DNA from: Candidatus Melainabacteria bacterium 17Bon1m
Lineage (GTDB): Bacteria; Cyanobacteriota; Vampirovibrionia; Obscuribacterales; Obscuribacteraceae
Length of the DNA stretch: 64,000 nt
Assembly: GCA_032128875.1 (NCBI GenBank)
Contig: JAVLKG010000005.1
Coordinates: 224,001 to 288,000 of the forward strand
Direction: 5' to 3'
A program made the position numbers and the translations under genes. Below, one piece after another: positions 9,237 through 18,556 of this stretch. Within the stretch, counting starts at the first letter, position 1. Each line of letters opens with the position of its first letter. The notes under the pieces are model-generated. The model was given only the letters and a program-made list of their open reading frames with translations. It made no database searches and had not been told where the DNA came from.

Positions 9237-10538
9237 CTAAGGACTCTGAGAGACTTCTGTGGCACTTTTGCTGGCAGTGTCCTGATAAAGTGCTACGTTG
9301 CCCGTGACTATGGCGCGCCTATAAAGTTCGAGCATTATCAGGACAAAGACAATTGGAATTGCGAATGTTTTCTTGGTCACGAGCAATACAGCATAGGTAT
9401 TGATGATTAGCCAGGTGGCATAGGTGAGTGACCGGATACGCCACTCCAAATACTCCGGCCACTTGAAGGCGCAGGCAATAAAGCCGGCAGCGGCAAAGAT
9501 GGTGAAGTCATAAAAGAAAACATGCGGGACCACCATAGGGGTGGCAAATATACAGATGATTGCTGCCAGTGAAACTTTGAATGAATCTGGTAATGGTGAC
9601 CTTAGCAAGCGACAGACAAAAAACAATCCAATGCCGCCAAGAATGGCTGAAAGAGCGTACACGAGCGGTTTGAATACTGCATGTTGCGCAACCGGCAACA
9701 TGAGAATAATTGCGCGTGGAAGGCTGGTGGCGAGCTGTGTGTTTACCCCGTATTTTGTGTCGGAATAGACTGCATCGGCGAGTTTGAGCGTCGATAACCA
9801 TTCGCGAAAAAGGTCAGGGGAAAAAAGTACAAGATTGATCGCGATAACACCGGCGATACCACATGCGATACCGAATATTGGTTTGAAGCGTTTAGCGCTT
9901 GCCAGCCCGAGCGTCATCATAACTGCCGGAATGAAGAATTGTGGTTTTAAAACTGCAAGCGACCACATCAAACCACCGAGAAAATCCTTGCGCTTGTAGA
10001 CGAAGTAAATTCCGCCCACAAGCGGCAAAAGTCCGTATATGGCGCTCAGTTGCCCGATCCAAATTGAAAGTGCAAGCGGAATCAAAGTCAGTGATATCCA
10101 GCCTGCAGCAATGTCCAGGTTGCTTGACTCTTCGGTCTGGGATGCGTGGGACGAAATGAGAAACGCTGAATACGCTACCGCAACCAGCGAAAGAATCTGC
10201 CAAGCCAGTATCGAATAGCCGAGTGGCAGAAAGCTGAAGGGGACGAAAAGCCCGGCTATTAGCGGCATGTACATGTACTCCGCAGTGGCGCGAGCTGGCA
10301 AAAGAGGTAAGACTCTGTGTGCCGCTTTGTCGAACTCAGTATCAATGAAAGAAGTCGAACCAGCCGGTGGGTACAGCATGCGAGCGTTGCCCTCGCGCAC
10401 TAGTTGCCCCGCTGTGTGATAGGTCATCAAATAATCCGAATTGGAGACTTCTTTCGGCATTTGTAAGTCGGTATATATGAAGAGCATGACGAGGATAAAA
10501 CCCCATGCAGCTGCGATTAACGAAAGATATCTCTTCAT
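9237..10538 (-). CDS. GT87/DUF2029-like membrane glycosyltransferase (GT-C)
   Basis: SDYLMTYHTAG, YMYMP, IGQ, LKPQ, PHVFFYD motifs; about 10 TMs. Confidence 0.8.
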   Translation of the reverse strand: MKRYLSLIAAAWGFILVMLFIYTDLQMPKEVSNSDYLMTYHTAGQLVREGNARMLYPPAGSTSFIDTEFDKAAHRVLPLLPARATAEYMYMPLIAGLFVPFSFLPLGYSILAWQILSLVAVAYSAFLISSHASQTEESSNLDIAAGWISLTLIPLALSIWIGQLSAIYGLLPLVGGIYFVYKRKDFLGGLMWSLAVLKPQFFIPAVMMTLGLASAKRFKPIFGIACGIAGVIAINLVLFSPDLFREWLSTLKLADAVYSDTKYGVNTQLATSLPRAIILMLPVAQHAVFKPLVYALSAILGGIGLFFVCRLLRSPLPDSFKVSLAAIICIFATPMVVPHVFFYDFTIFAAAGFIACAFKWPEYLEWRIRSLTYATWLIINTYAVLLVTKKTFAIPIVFVLIMLELYRRAIVTGNVALYQDTASKSATEVSQSP

Positions 10539-11812
10539 TTTGAGTGCCTTTCTTTCTTGGTACTCAGCATGTCCATGACGCGGCTTATAGCTTTCACTCC
10601 TCGCCTAAATGGTCGGGCTTTGGCAAGTTCTTGATTATCCCTAATGAGCTTATCGTAGTTTTCTTGCAGCAAATTGTAGTGATGAAGCGCATTTGCCAGT
10701 GCTTCCTTCATCGTGGCGAATTCCTCATCAACATGCCGCCTGTAGCGCGCTGCGTCTTCCAATTGCCAAACTCGCTCACATTCTCTACGTAGCATTCGTC
10801 TGATTGCTTTCTCGATTCGCGGATCAAGAGGCATCATTAGTGCTTCTTCGTAAGTCTCTCGCCAGGTAACATGATTTACCTGGTCGAGCGCCTCCCAGAC
10901 CTGAATGTTTTGGTCGAAAACCGTGAAACTATCAAGTTTTCCCAATATGTGCAGATCCAACAATGTGCGCACACACTTCTCACATTTTCCGCAATTTCGA
11001 TTTTTCTCCTGCTTGTTGAAGCAAACAAACAGGTTTTCTTGGGCAACGGGCCAGTCAGCAATTGCTTTTACTCGTTCTCGACGTTTTAGCTCCGTGTGTG
11101 GTTGATGAATTTTGACTTTCTTCGAAGAGAAGAGTGGATCAAGCAAATAATGTCCACCATAAACCACTGGACTGTCTTTGTGGAATGAGGGCGAAACTGT
11201 GAGCGAACTGATGTGTTGCGACAAGAGATGCCCCAAACTAGCCAGCAAACCGGAAAATGTGTCGATCAGTTTGTGTGTCTTGTAGCTTGGATGCTGAAAA
11301 ACATTGTTTCTTATAGTGACCGGTCGAGCATTCACAGCATTGGCCACGCGCACCAGTCGAGTGCGGGTAGCCTGATAAGTTTCTTCCGACGCGGCTGGTA
11401 AATCGAAAGGATGTGCGCTTACCAAAAACTCTGGAGAATCGCTTTTGTAGAGGGTGTGAAAGGTGTCGACGCCGCCGGAAAAGCAGACTGCGGATCCTGT
11501 TTTGTTAGAAACTTTGGTTTCGACCGTCTCTGCATGGACTTGTATTTTATGGGTTCCCCAATTTTCATTGAGGAAGTCGATGATAGAAAGCGCGTTTTCA
11601 TACCACGTTCGGCAGACTGGTTGCGTAAATCTCAGATTGCGCCCGCTTAGAATGCAAGGGATGAGCCATAGTGATCCAAAGGCTTCAATTGCCGGTTCTA
11701 GCTCTAAGTCTTCGCACTCGAAGCAAATGGACGCGCCATCAAAACTCGATGAAACCTTTGAGAGGGCTCCGACTTTCTCGTGTTTTAAATCGCCTATGAC
11801 AGCTTCATTCAT
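10535..11812 (-). CDS. PP-loop-like protein with Cys cluster and C-terminal coiled coil
   Basis: CFSGGVDT, VC...NCGKCEKCVRT; paralog of the adjacent upstream ORF. Confidence 0.7.
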   Translation of the reverse strand: MNEAVIGDLKHEKVGALSKVSSSFDGASICFECEDLELEPAIEAFGSLWLIPCILSGRNLRFTQPVCRTWYENALSIIDFLNENWGTHKIQVHAETVETKVSNKTGSAVCFSGGVDTFHTLYKSDSPEFLVSAHPFDLPAASEETYQATRTRLVRVANAVNARPVTIRNNVFQHPSYKTHKLIDTFSGLLASLGHLLSQHISSLTVSPSFHKDSPVVYGGHYLLDPLFSSKKVKIHQPHTELKRRERVKAIADWPVAQENLFVCFNKQEKNRNCGKCEKCVRTLLDLHILGKLDSFTVFDQNIQVWEALDQVNHVTWRETYEEALMMPLDPRIEKAIRRMLRRECERVWQLEDAARYRRHVDEEFATMKEALANALHHYNLLQENYDKLIRDNQELAKARPFRRGVKAISRVMDMLSTKKERHSK

Positions 11813-13181
11813 GCGAAGTGCCCTGATTCGTGCGCGAGTTGCGCAATTTTTTAGCGACTTTTCTCACGAATGTAATGCCTTTCTTTATCGGCAAATTCCC
11901 TACGATGGCGTCATAGTCAGCGGACAATCGACTGTGTTCCTCTTGTAAAAGTGAATAATGATGCAGCGCATTATCCAGACCTTCTTGAATCTTGGGAAAT
12001 TGGTCATCGACGTAGCGGCGCTGTTTCAATTGATCTTCGATTTTGCTCTGACATATGGCATTGCGCCGGAAGAGTCTTGTGATTGCTTCTTCGAGCTTGG
12101 GTTCTAGTGTTTTGTTTAGCACCTCTTCGAAAAACTTCGGCGCTTTGACTCTTGGCAGATTATCAACTCTCTCAATCAGTGAGACTTTTGTGTCAAACGT
12201 TTTGCAGTCTTTCAATTTCCCTGCCAACTCCAGTTCGACCATTGTCCGCACGCACTTCTCGCAGCAAGAACAATTGTACTTTTCAAAGCAAACATGCAAA
12301 TTGTCTTGCACAATCAGGTTGTCGGCAATTGCTTTCACTCGCTCAGACCGAAATGCCGTTGAATCTCCGTGAATAACTTGAAAGGAAGCTGACGACCAAA
12401 GTGGATCCAATTGCCAATTGCTTCCGGTGACTTCGTGATGGTCCTTATGCCACGAAGGAGCAATTGTGATTGATACCAGATGCGGTGGCAGCAGGTGTCC
12501 GGCCGCGGCGAGAAATGAGGAGTGGGTATCGCCAAGCCTGTGAGCGTTGAATGTGGGGTGTTTTTTCGCATTTGTTCGAATTGTAATCGGCTTTGACCCT
12601 ACTGCCTTTGCTACCTTTTCGAGCCTTTCTCTGGCGATTCTTGGTCGCTCTTCATCGCTGGGCACATCGAATGTTTCCAGAAAAACAAGAGATTCCGGCG
12701 GTGGATTGGTCAGCAGGGTGTAAAACGAGTCTGTGCCGCAAGTGAAGAAGAGTCCATTTCCCTTGCCCGGAAATACATCCATAGCGCCGGAAGCTGCATC
12801 TCTGGAAATTGCTTCGACTTCAGAAACCTCATCGACTGTCACCGGGTTGGCGATGATTTCTATGGGTTTTGTGCCCCAAAATCTGCCAAGAAAATCGATG
12901 ATTTTGTGCACGTTTTGATGCCAAGTAGCGCAAACCGGCTGGTCGATCTCGAGTTTGCGATTGGAAAGTAGCGCGGGAATCAGCCAGAGTGTGCCAAGAG
13001 CTTCGGCTGATGGTTTCAAATCGATATCGTCGGATTCAAACCAGAGTTCGATTCCGTCTATTTCCGTCCAGACACGTGATGTTGTGCCTGTTTTGCTATG
13101 TTGAAACGCCTTCGCGCGCAGGTTGCTCATGATTGCCAAACGTGGATACTCACCCGTCAGGTTGCGGGCATAGGATCTCAT
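11805..13181 (-). CDS. PP-loop-like paralog with degenerate P-loop
   Basis: FFTCGTDS, VC...NCSCCEKCVRT and ALHHY coiled coil shared with its neighbour; start could be 13130. Confidence 0.7.
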   Translation of the reverse strand: MRSYARNLTGEYPRLAIMSNLRAKAFQHSKTGTTSRVWTEIDGIELWFESDDIDLKPSAEALGTLWLIPALLSNRKLEIDQPVCATWHQNVHKIIDFLGRFWGTKPIEIIANPVTVDEVSEVEAISRDAASGAMDVFPGKGNGLFFTCGTDSFYTLLTNPPPESLVFLETFDVPSDEERPRIARERLEKVAKAVGSKPITIRTNAKKHPTFNAHRLGDTHSSFLAAAGHLLPPHLVSITIAPSWHKDHHEVTGSNWQLDPLWSSASFQVIHGDSTAFRSERVKAIADNLIVQDNLHVCFEKYNCSCCEKCVRTMVELELAGKLKDCKTFDTKVSLIERVDNLPRVKAPKFFEEVLNKTLEPKLEEAITRLFRRNAICQSKIEDQLKQRRYVDDQFPKIQEGLDNALHHYSLLQEEHSRLSADYDAIVGNLPIKKGITFVRKVAKKLRNSRTNQGTSHE

Positions 13182-13704
13182 TTTCGTGCCCTGGATAAAT
13201 TAGGAAATCCTCGGTTAGCGCGGGTGGGCGATTCTTGACTGGGTTGGACTAATGACAAAACTATTCCAGTCGAAAGTCCGATATGGCAATTGCCAAGAAG
13301 AACTACCTGCGCGAAGTTGTGACATTGGGTTGAGGATGGATGTCGCGTGACAGCGAGAAGGTGGACGTTGAATCCGTGGTTCTCAAGTGCTTGTGTGAGC
13401 CTAGCTAAATATGTCACTGAATTGGTTTTTGACTCATGAACATTGCTTTGTACTTGATTACTGCTTTCTGCGTTTCATAACCTCTAAGGGTCCACTCTCC
13501 GCATTTTCTATTTCGAGGCAAGCTTTTAAAGCTCCTGAAAATCCCTGCCCTCCGGCAAATTCGGTTTTCTCTCACGCCTGATTCGAGGCGGGAAGTGACA
13601 CACTCAGTCTGGCGGTTACGCCTTGTCTGTGCGGCTTGCCGTTCATGTGTGTGAACGAGGTCGTGAAGTCGGTTTGCATACCGGCGCAATATCTTTAGCG
13701 AAAT

Positions 13705-13753
13705 GACTACTGCCTTGTGCGTCACCTGGTTGCGCTCGAGGCAGTGGTCTTTT
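13705..13753 (+). terminator. Terminator-like hairpin in the leader of the S41 protease gene
   Basis: 13-bp stem GACTACTGCCTTG/CGAGGCAGTGGTC followed by TTTT. Confidence 0.45.
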
Positions 13754-13826
13754 CCACCTATCAATTCTTCCAAGTATTTAGGCTCGCCCGATCTGGGGCG
13801 TGCCTCTTACCTATGAGGTAACACCA

Positions 13827-15209
13827 ATGTCTACTGCCCCTCAGCCGCCACCAAGATGGCGGCTTATTCTCAAGCGGACGTTCAAGTGGTCTGCGATTAG
13901 TGGCTTAATGGCGCTGGTAGTGATTCTCACGCTGGCGCTTCATGCCTTCAACTACTACGCCATCGATCCGGTCGTCACTCCTCGTGAGCTGTACCACCGG
14001 ACGTGGGAAACAGTGAGGGTGAATTACTACGATCAGGACAAGCTGCGCGATTGGGCGCAATGGGAACACAAGTACGACGACCAAATTCACACCGAGGAGG
14101 ATGCTCTTCGATTCGCTCGTGAGATGGTCTCGTCGCTCAACGATCCCCACACAATCCTGCATGAAAAGCAGGAAGTGCAAAACCTGATCACGGAGGCAGA
14201 AGGAAAGCAGGACATCATTGGCGTGGTCTTCAAGCCCGCCTATGATCGCTCCGGCACCGCTGTTCTCAATTCAAACGGTCTTCAGTTGCCGGAAGGCATC
14301 GACGCTTTTCCGACCATCGATCAGGTGGTGCGGGGAAGTTCGGCGCAGGAAGCCGGCATTAACCCAGGCGATGCCCTGGTTAGTGTCAACGGCAACTCGA
14401 CCTCGGGAATGGCTATTGCCGAACTGCAACGACTTCTTGCCGGTCAACCCGGAGAGGAGATCAACCTGGTCATCAGGCAGAACGGCGTGGACGTCCCGGT
14501 CAAGGTGACGCGCAGGGAAGTGCAACGACCGATTGTGTCGGTTCAGCGACTGCCCGGCGACATTGCCTACATCCGGGTGGAGAGCTTCTTCCAGCTCGAC
14601 CAGGCCGACCAATTGCAGGCCGCGCTCGAACAGGTGCAAGATTGCAAGGGCTATATCATCGACCTGCGCGACAACGGTGGTGGATTCATCCACTCCGCGG
14701 TCGAGTCGGCTGCGATGTTCATGGACTCCGGCACCATCTCCACCATTCAGTTTCACAGCCCGGCTGGCGTTCTCAACGCTCGTGCCTCCGTGACTCCAGA
14801 CCACCTTTGGGTCAACGTTAACGGAGTTTCCATCCCGTGGAAGCGTCGACCCAACCTGGTGGGCAATAAGCCGGTCGTCGTGCTCGTCAATTTCGACACT
14901 GCCAGTGCCTCTGAGCTGTTTACTTCGGCTCTGCAGGACAACGGGCGTATACATGTCATTGGCGTCCGCACCTACGGCAAGGGCATCGGGCAGACGCTGA
15001 TTCCCGTCGGCAATGGACATCGCCTGCGCGTCACCAACATCGTTGGACACACGCCTTCCGGCCGGTGGCTGGGGGACGCGGGGATTTCCGTGCGCTACGG
15101 CATTACTCCGGACACGGAAGTGACTGCCCCGCGCAATCTGCTCATCGGTTCTCGCAACGACAATCAGTTGCAGGCTGCCGAAGAGTACGTCCGAAAACAG
15201 ATTCCGTAG
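13827..15209 (+). CDS. S41 C-terminal processing protease (PDZ plus catalytic domain)
   Basis: TM anchor, PDZ (SAQEAGINPGD), IDLRDNGGG, TASASE (catalytic Ser), TYGKG (catalytic Lys); ATG at 13827 follows GAGGT. Confidence 0.92.
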   Translation: MSTAPQPPPRWRLILKRTFKWSAISGLMALVVILTLALHAFNYYAIDPVVTPRELYHRTWETVRVNYYDQDKLRDWAQWEHKYDDQIHTEEDALRFAREMVSSLNDPHTILHEKQEVQNLITEAEGKQDIIGVVFKPAYDRSGTAVLNSNGLQLPEGIDAFPTIDQVVRGSSAQEAGINPGDALVSVNGNSTSGMAIAELQRLLAGQPGEEINLVIRQNGVDVPVKVTRREVQRPIVSVQRLPGDIAYIRVESFFQLDQADQLQAALEQVQDCKGYIIDLRDNGGGFIHSAVESAAMFMDSGTISTIQFHSPAGVLNARASVTPDHLWVNVNGVSIPWKRRPNLVGNKPVVVLVNFDTASASELFTSALQDNGRIHVIGVRTYGKGIGQTLIPVGNGHRLRVTNIVGHTPSGRWLGDAGISVRYGITPDTEVTAPRNLLIGSRNDNQLQAAEEYVRKQIP

Positions 15210-15547
15210 GCACGCCTGTGAGACGGAGCGGCAAGGGTAGAGGCTTTCGCCGAAACTCGGCCGCTCCGTTTCGCGTATGTGCATCAACAGGCGGACAAGT
15301 AGCATAGAAACTTTCTAGTGATGGATGCTGAAACGTTCATTACTTGCGGTTCTCCGTGCTACTTGTTTTGTGGCTTTTGTTGCTATGCCGTGTAGTAGGG
15401 TTCGAAGTGGTCCAATGTTGTGGCTATTGCGCCCGTTTTGCTGGCTTTCGATATCTGTGGATGCGGTGATGGGAACTCCGGACACTCGTTTGCGTCACAT
15501 CGGTGTGCTTGCAAGGCGAGCCAATTATGGAAACGGAGGAAAGGTAA

Positions 15548-15937
15548 ATGAGGATTTTGATCAGGCTCGGCTTAATGGCTCTCGCATTCGCCTTTATATT
15601 GCCGCAAATTCATGGCATCAGTTTCCACGGAAACTTTGCAATCGCCCTTGTACTGTCACTTCTATTTGGATTGGTTCTCTGGTTGGTTGAGATTTCCGTT
15701 ATCGCGCTTTCTGCAGTGTTGACCGTAACATCCCTCGGACTGGCGCTTCTGTGGCTGATTCCCGCGTGGATTTTGGGCTTCTGGTTGTTGCCTGCCTTTG
15801 CCATGATGATCACTGCGGATTTCGTGCCACAGTATTTGACTGTTAACGGTTTTGTTCCAGCCGCTCTTGCTGGTCTTGTGATGCTGGCCATCAGCTTCCT
15901 GACCAAGGATGAAGGCTGGACGCGAAGAGAAGTTTAG
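15548..15937 (+). CDS. 4-TM phage-holin-like/YvlD-type membrane protein
   Basis: Four hydrophobic helices, LTVTSLGL and VNGFVPA pattern; GGAGG upstream. Confidence 0.7.
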   Translation: MRILIRLGLMALAFAFILPQIHGISFHGNFAIALVLSLLFGLVLWLVEISVIALSAVLTVTSLGLALLWLIPAWILGFWLLPAFAMMITADFVPQYLTVNGFVPAALAGLVMLAISFLTKDEGWTRREV

Positions 15938-16025
15938 GCTCTGAATGGTTTTGCGCAGCAGAAAATCTGCTCCATAGAAAAACGAAGAGCAACAAAAAGT
16001 GTCTCTGGGTGACTCCTGGACAAAG

Positions 16026-16052
16026 CAAAGGCGGCGCACTGCGTCGCCTTTG
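16026..16052 (+). terminator. Hairpin, probable terminator
   Basis: 12-bp stem CAAAGGCGGCGC/GCGTCGCCTTTG; weak U tail. Confidence 0.45.
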
Positions 16053-16632
16053 TCGATTTACGAGGTGCTTCACGAGATGCACCACTTGCGGTGCGGTCCA
16101 ACAATGTCGTGAGCTGCGCATTGTGAGCAGTGCTTTGTGAGTTGCGCTTTAGGTGTAGATGCGCCTTGCAAAGCTGAGCGAGCATGATTTTGCCGATTTT
16201 GGCTCATCTGCCGTTTCTATGAGCTTGTGATAAAGATCGCTCGCTGCGCCTGAGCCTCGCAAACGCTTACTAGATTTGTCTTTGCGCTATGTTGACAGAT
16301 GTGAACGGTAAGCGCGGATACAAAACTTTGCTGCAATTAGTACGTAGAAACGCTTATTTATAAAACACACTTCTCCTTCCTCCGATTACTTGCATTAAAG
16401 CCCTTTAGAAAACCAATTCATGAGCTTTTGCTAACAACCTGATGAGAGTTCCTCTCTCTCGATGTTGGCCAAACTTTGAACTTGGTGGCTGATTTGCTAT
16501 GCAAGCTGTTTGCGCAGTTTGCGATGGTCGTGGAAATGGAGGTGTGAGTCCGGCGCTTCTTTAGGCTTTCAAGTTTGGTTTGCGCCGCCCTGAAACACAA
16601 TTGGAAACGCTGTTTCCAGGTAGGAGACATGC

Positions 16633-17034
16633 ATGAAACAGGAACTCGACGATGCACTCGTTCGTGATTTCCCGAATCTCTATGCCGACCGTAAATCCGA
16701 CAAAAGCCCTTTCTACTGGGGCTTCGAGTGCGGCGACGGTTGGGAACCTCTGATTCGCAAGCTCTCCGCGGAAATCGAGGCGATCATCGTCGCGATGCCC
16801 GAGAAGGAGCGCAAGAAGTATAGAGTCAAGCAGGTGAAGGAGAAATTCGGCACTCTGCGGTTCTACATGGGCATTGCCCACGACGGCATTCGTGCTGCAA
16901 TTGATCGGGCTGAGCAGGAGAGCGCGGTGACGTGCGAATGCTGCGGCAAGCCAGGATCTTCCGGCAGCGTCGGCGGTTGGCTCAGTGTGCTTTGCGATGA
17001 GCATCGGGCGGAGCGCCAGAAGAGGAAGCGCTAG
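16633..17034 (+). CDS. Conserved hypothetical protein of a type frequent in phages
   Basis: FECGDGW, QVKEKFGTLRFY, TCECCG..LCDEH motifs; AGGAG RBS. Confidence 0.75.
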   Translation: MKQELDDALVRDFPNLYADRKSDKSPFYWGFECGDGWEPLIRKLSAEIEAIIVAMPEKERKKYRVKQVKEKFGTLRFYMGIAHDGIRAAIDRAEQESAVTCECCGKPGSSGSVGGWLSVLCDEHRAERQKRKR

Positions 17035-17090
17035 CTCAATTTTCGTGCTGATTGTCTTGCGAATGACCATCTTTCCAGCAAGAGATCAAC

Positions 17091-17333
17091 ATGCGGAACA
17101 ACAAGAAATATCCGGTAAGACCACAGGACAGAGCCGGCGGCATTGCGTCTGCGCTCACTTTTCTCGCTTCTTTGATCACTGGTGGCATTGTCACCCAGAG
17201 TCATGACGTTCGCGTGGTATGCGCAATTGTCTGCGCTATCACTCTGACGTCCACGATGTACTTCGTGACCAAGGACTTTGAGAAGAACGGCGGGCACGAC
17301 GACGAGAATCCGGGTCCCCCGGGCGGTCGCTAA
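17091..17333 (+). CDS. Small 2-TM hypothetical protein
   Basis: Two hydrophobic segments; followed by a strong terminator. Confidence 0.45.
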   Translation: MRNNKKYPVRPQDRAGGIASALTFLASLITGGIVTQSHDVRVVCAIVCAITLTSTMYFVTKDFEKNGGHDDENPGPPGGR

Positions 17334-17364
17334 TTTGTTCGATTCGGAATCTTTCCGGCGGGTT

Positions 17365-17414
17365 GCTCGGCGAAGCATGGGTGTCAACTCATCGCTTCGT
17401 CGAGCTCCTTTTTT
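17365..17414 (+). terminator. Intrinsic terminator
   Basis: GCTCGGCGAAGC...GCTTCGTCGAGC stem followed by TCCTTTTTT. Confidence 0.7.
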
Positions 17415-17537
17415 GCCTCGCTGTTATACTACACCATGTAGCATAGCGTCGTCTTTGCTTTGCGTTTGTTTGCTTTGTACGACATTGCTGTCTGGTGGCG
17501 AGTACAATTGGCACGCTGTCCAAAAACTGAGGCGATA

Positions 17538-17897
17538 TTGAACACAACTACTGTACAGAGCGAAATTCAGGTGCTTGAGGATAAGCTCGTTGAGGCAGAA
17601 TTGGGACCTGATCCGATTTTCTTTCAAACGTATCTCGATGACAACGCAATAATGGTCAACGAGGGAAACGCCGCAATGATGAAGGATAAGGTGGTAGCGG
17701 CGCACCAGCCTGGCGCGGGTCCAAAGTTCACACGTGTCGAAATGTTTGACATGCAAATTATCGATCACGGCACTGCGGCTGTTGTGGTTTGCAACGGCGA
17801 GTATGAAATGCCCGGTAAGACTCACAAGCTGAAATTTACTCGAACCTGGGTTAAGAAGCCAGAAGGATGGCGCATCGTTTCTGGAACAGTTGCATAG
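17538..17897 (+). CDS. NTF2/SnoaL-like (DUF4440) protein
   Basis: LEDKLVEA...FTRTWVKKPEGWRIV; TTG start follows GAGG. Confidence 0.8.
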   Translation: MNTTTVQSEIQVLEDKLVEAELGPDPIFFQTYLDDNAIMVNEGNAAMMKDKVVAAHQPGAGPKFTRVEMFDMQIIDHGTAAVVVCNGEYEMPGKTHKLKFTRTWVKKPEGWRIVSGTVA

Positions 17898-17911
17898 GGC
17901 TTACTGTAGAA

Positions 17912-18556
17912 ATGGTTTCTGCCACCATAAGAACTCTTGCTTGTTTGCTATTGCCCGTGTTTCTCACTGGCTGTGTTGATTCGCGTGCCGTGACCGTGCG
18001 ACGCGCGAAGTTGCTTGCTCATAAGCATGACATAAAGACTGAAACACAGCCGAAAAAGCTGGGCGAGTTTCACTGTGCCGCAAACGAAAATACTTTCTGG
18101 GACTACAAATTCGTCCCCACCATCGCTGTCGAAAAGACAAAGATGATCAAGCAAGATGATTGGTTTGCAGTCACCGTCAAAGTGAAACATGTGACAGTGG
18201 AAACAGCGTTGCCATTCGATATGTGGCTGCCCGCAAACGCATCTGACGACGTCATCGCTCATGAGGACGGGCATGTTCGCATTTGCAAACATTACTACCG
18301 TGATGCTGCACGCCAGGCGCGTAAATGCGGATTGCATGTGCTTGGGCGGGATTTCGTCGGCGAGGCTAAAGATGAAGATACGGCGATCAAACTAGCTATA
18401 AATGCTGCAAGCAAAGAGATGACTGAGTGCTATCGCGGAACAATCGTGGAGCCCGCTGCCCGCGCGTCTGCGGCTTATGACAAGATGATGGCAGACAAGT
18501 CCACGAAGCTGTCGGTAGATCGCGCTATCGAGAAAGCGATTGCGGACGCTCATTAG
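17912..18556 (+). CDS. Lipoprotein, DUF922-like putative Zn peptidase
   Basis: Lipobox FLTGC and HEDGH (HExxH) motif. Confidence 0.65.
   Translation: MVSATIRTLACLLLPVFLTGCVDSRAVTVRRAKLLAHKHDIKTETQPKKLGEFHCAANENTFWDYKFVPTIAVEKTKMIKQDDWFAVTVKVKHVTVETALPFDMWLPANASDDVIAHEDGHVRICKHYYRDAARQARKCGLHVLGRDFVGEAKDEDTAIKLAINAASKEMTECYRGTIVEPAARASAAYDKMMADKSTKLSVDRAIEKAIADAH

Noticed and set aside
13283-13408. TGA-interrupted micro-ORF (MAIAKKNYLREVVTLG*GWMSRD...)
   Set aside because: Too short, with no RBS, homology cue or SECIS-like evidence.
14271-15305. 344-aa antisense ORF over the S41 protease (likewise 26202-27089 over the kinase)
   Set aside because: Expected from codon bias; sequence is not protein-family-like.
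16439-16465. Hammerhead-like CTGATGA-GAG..CTC
   Set aside because: Lacks the GAAA core and stem III.
18525-18556. 32-nt convergent gene overlap
   Set aside because: Short tail-to-tail overlaps are common; no sign of function.
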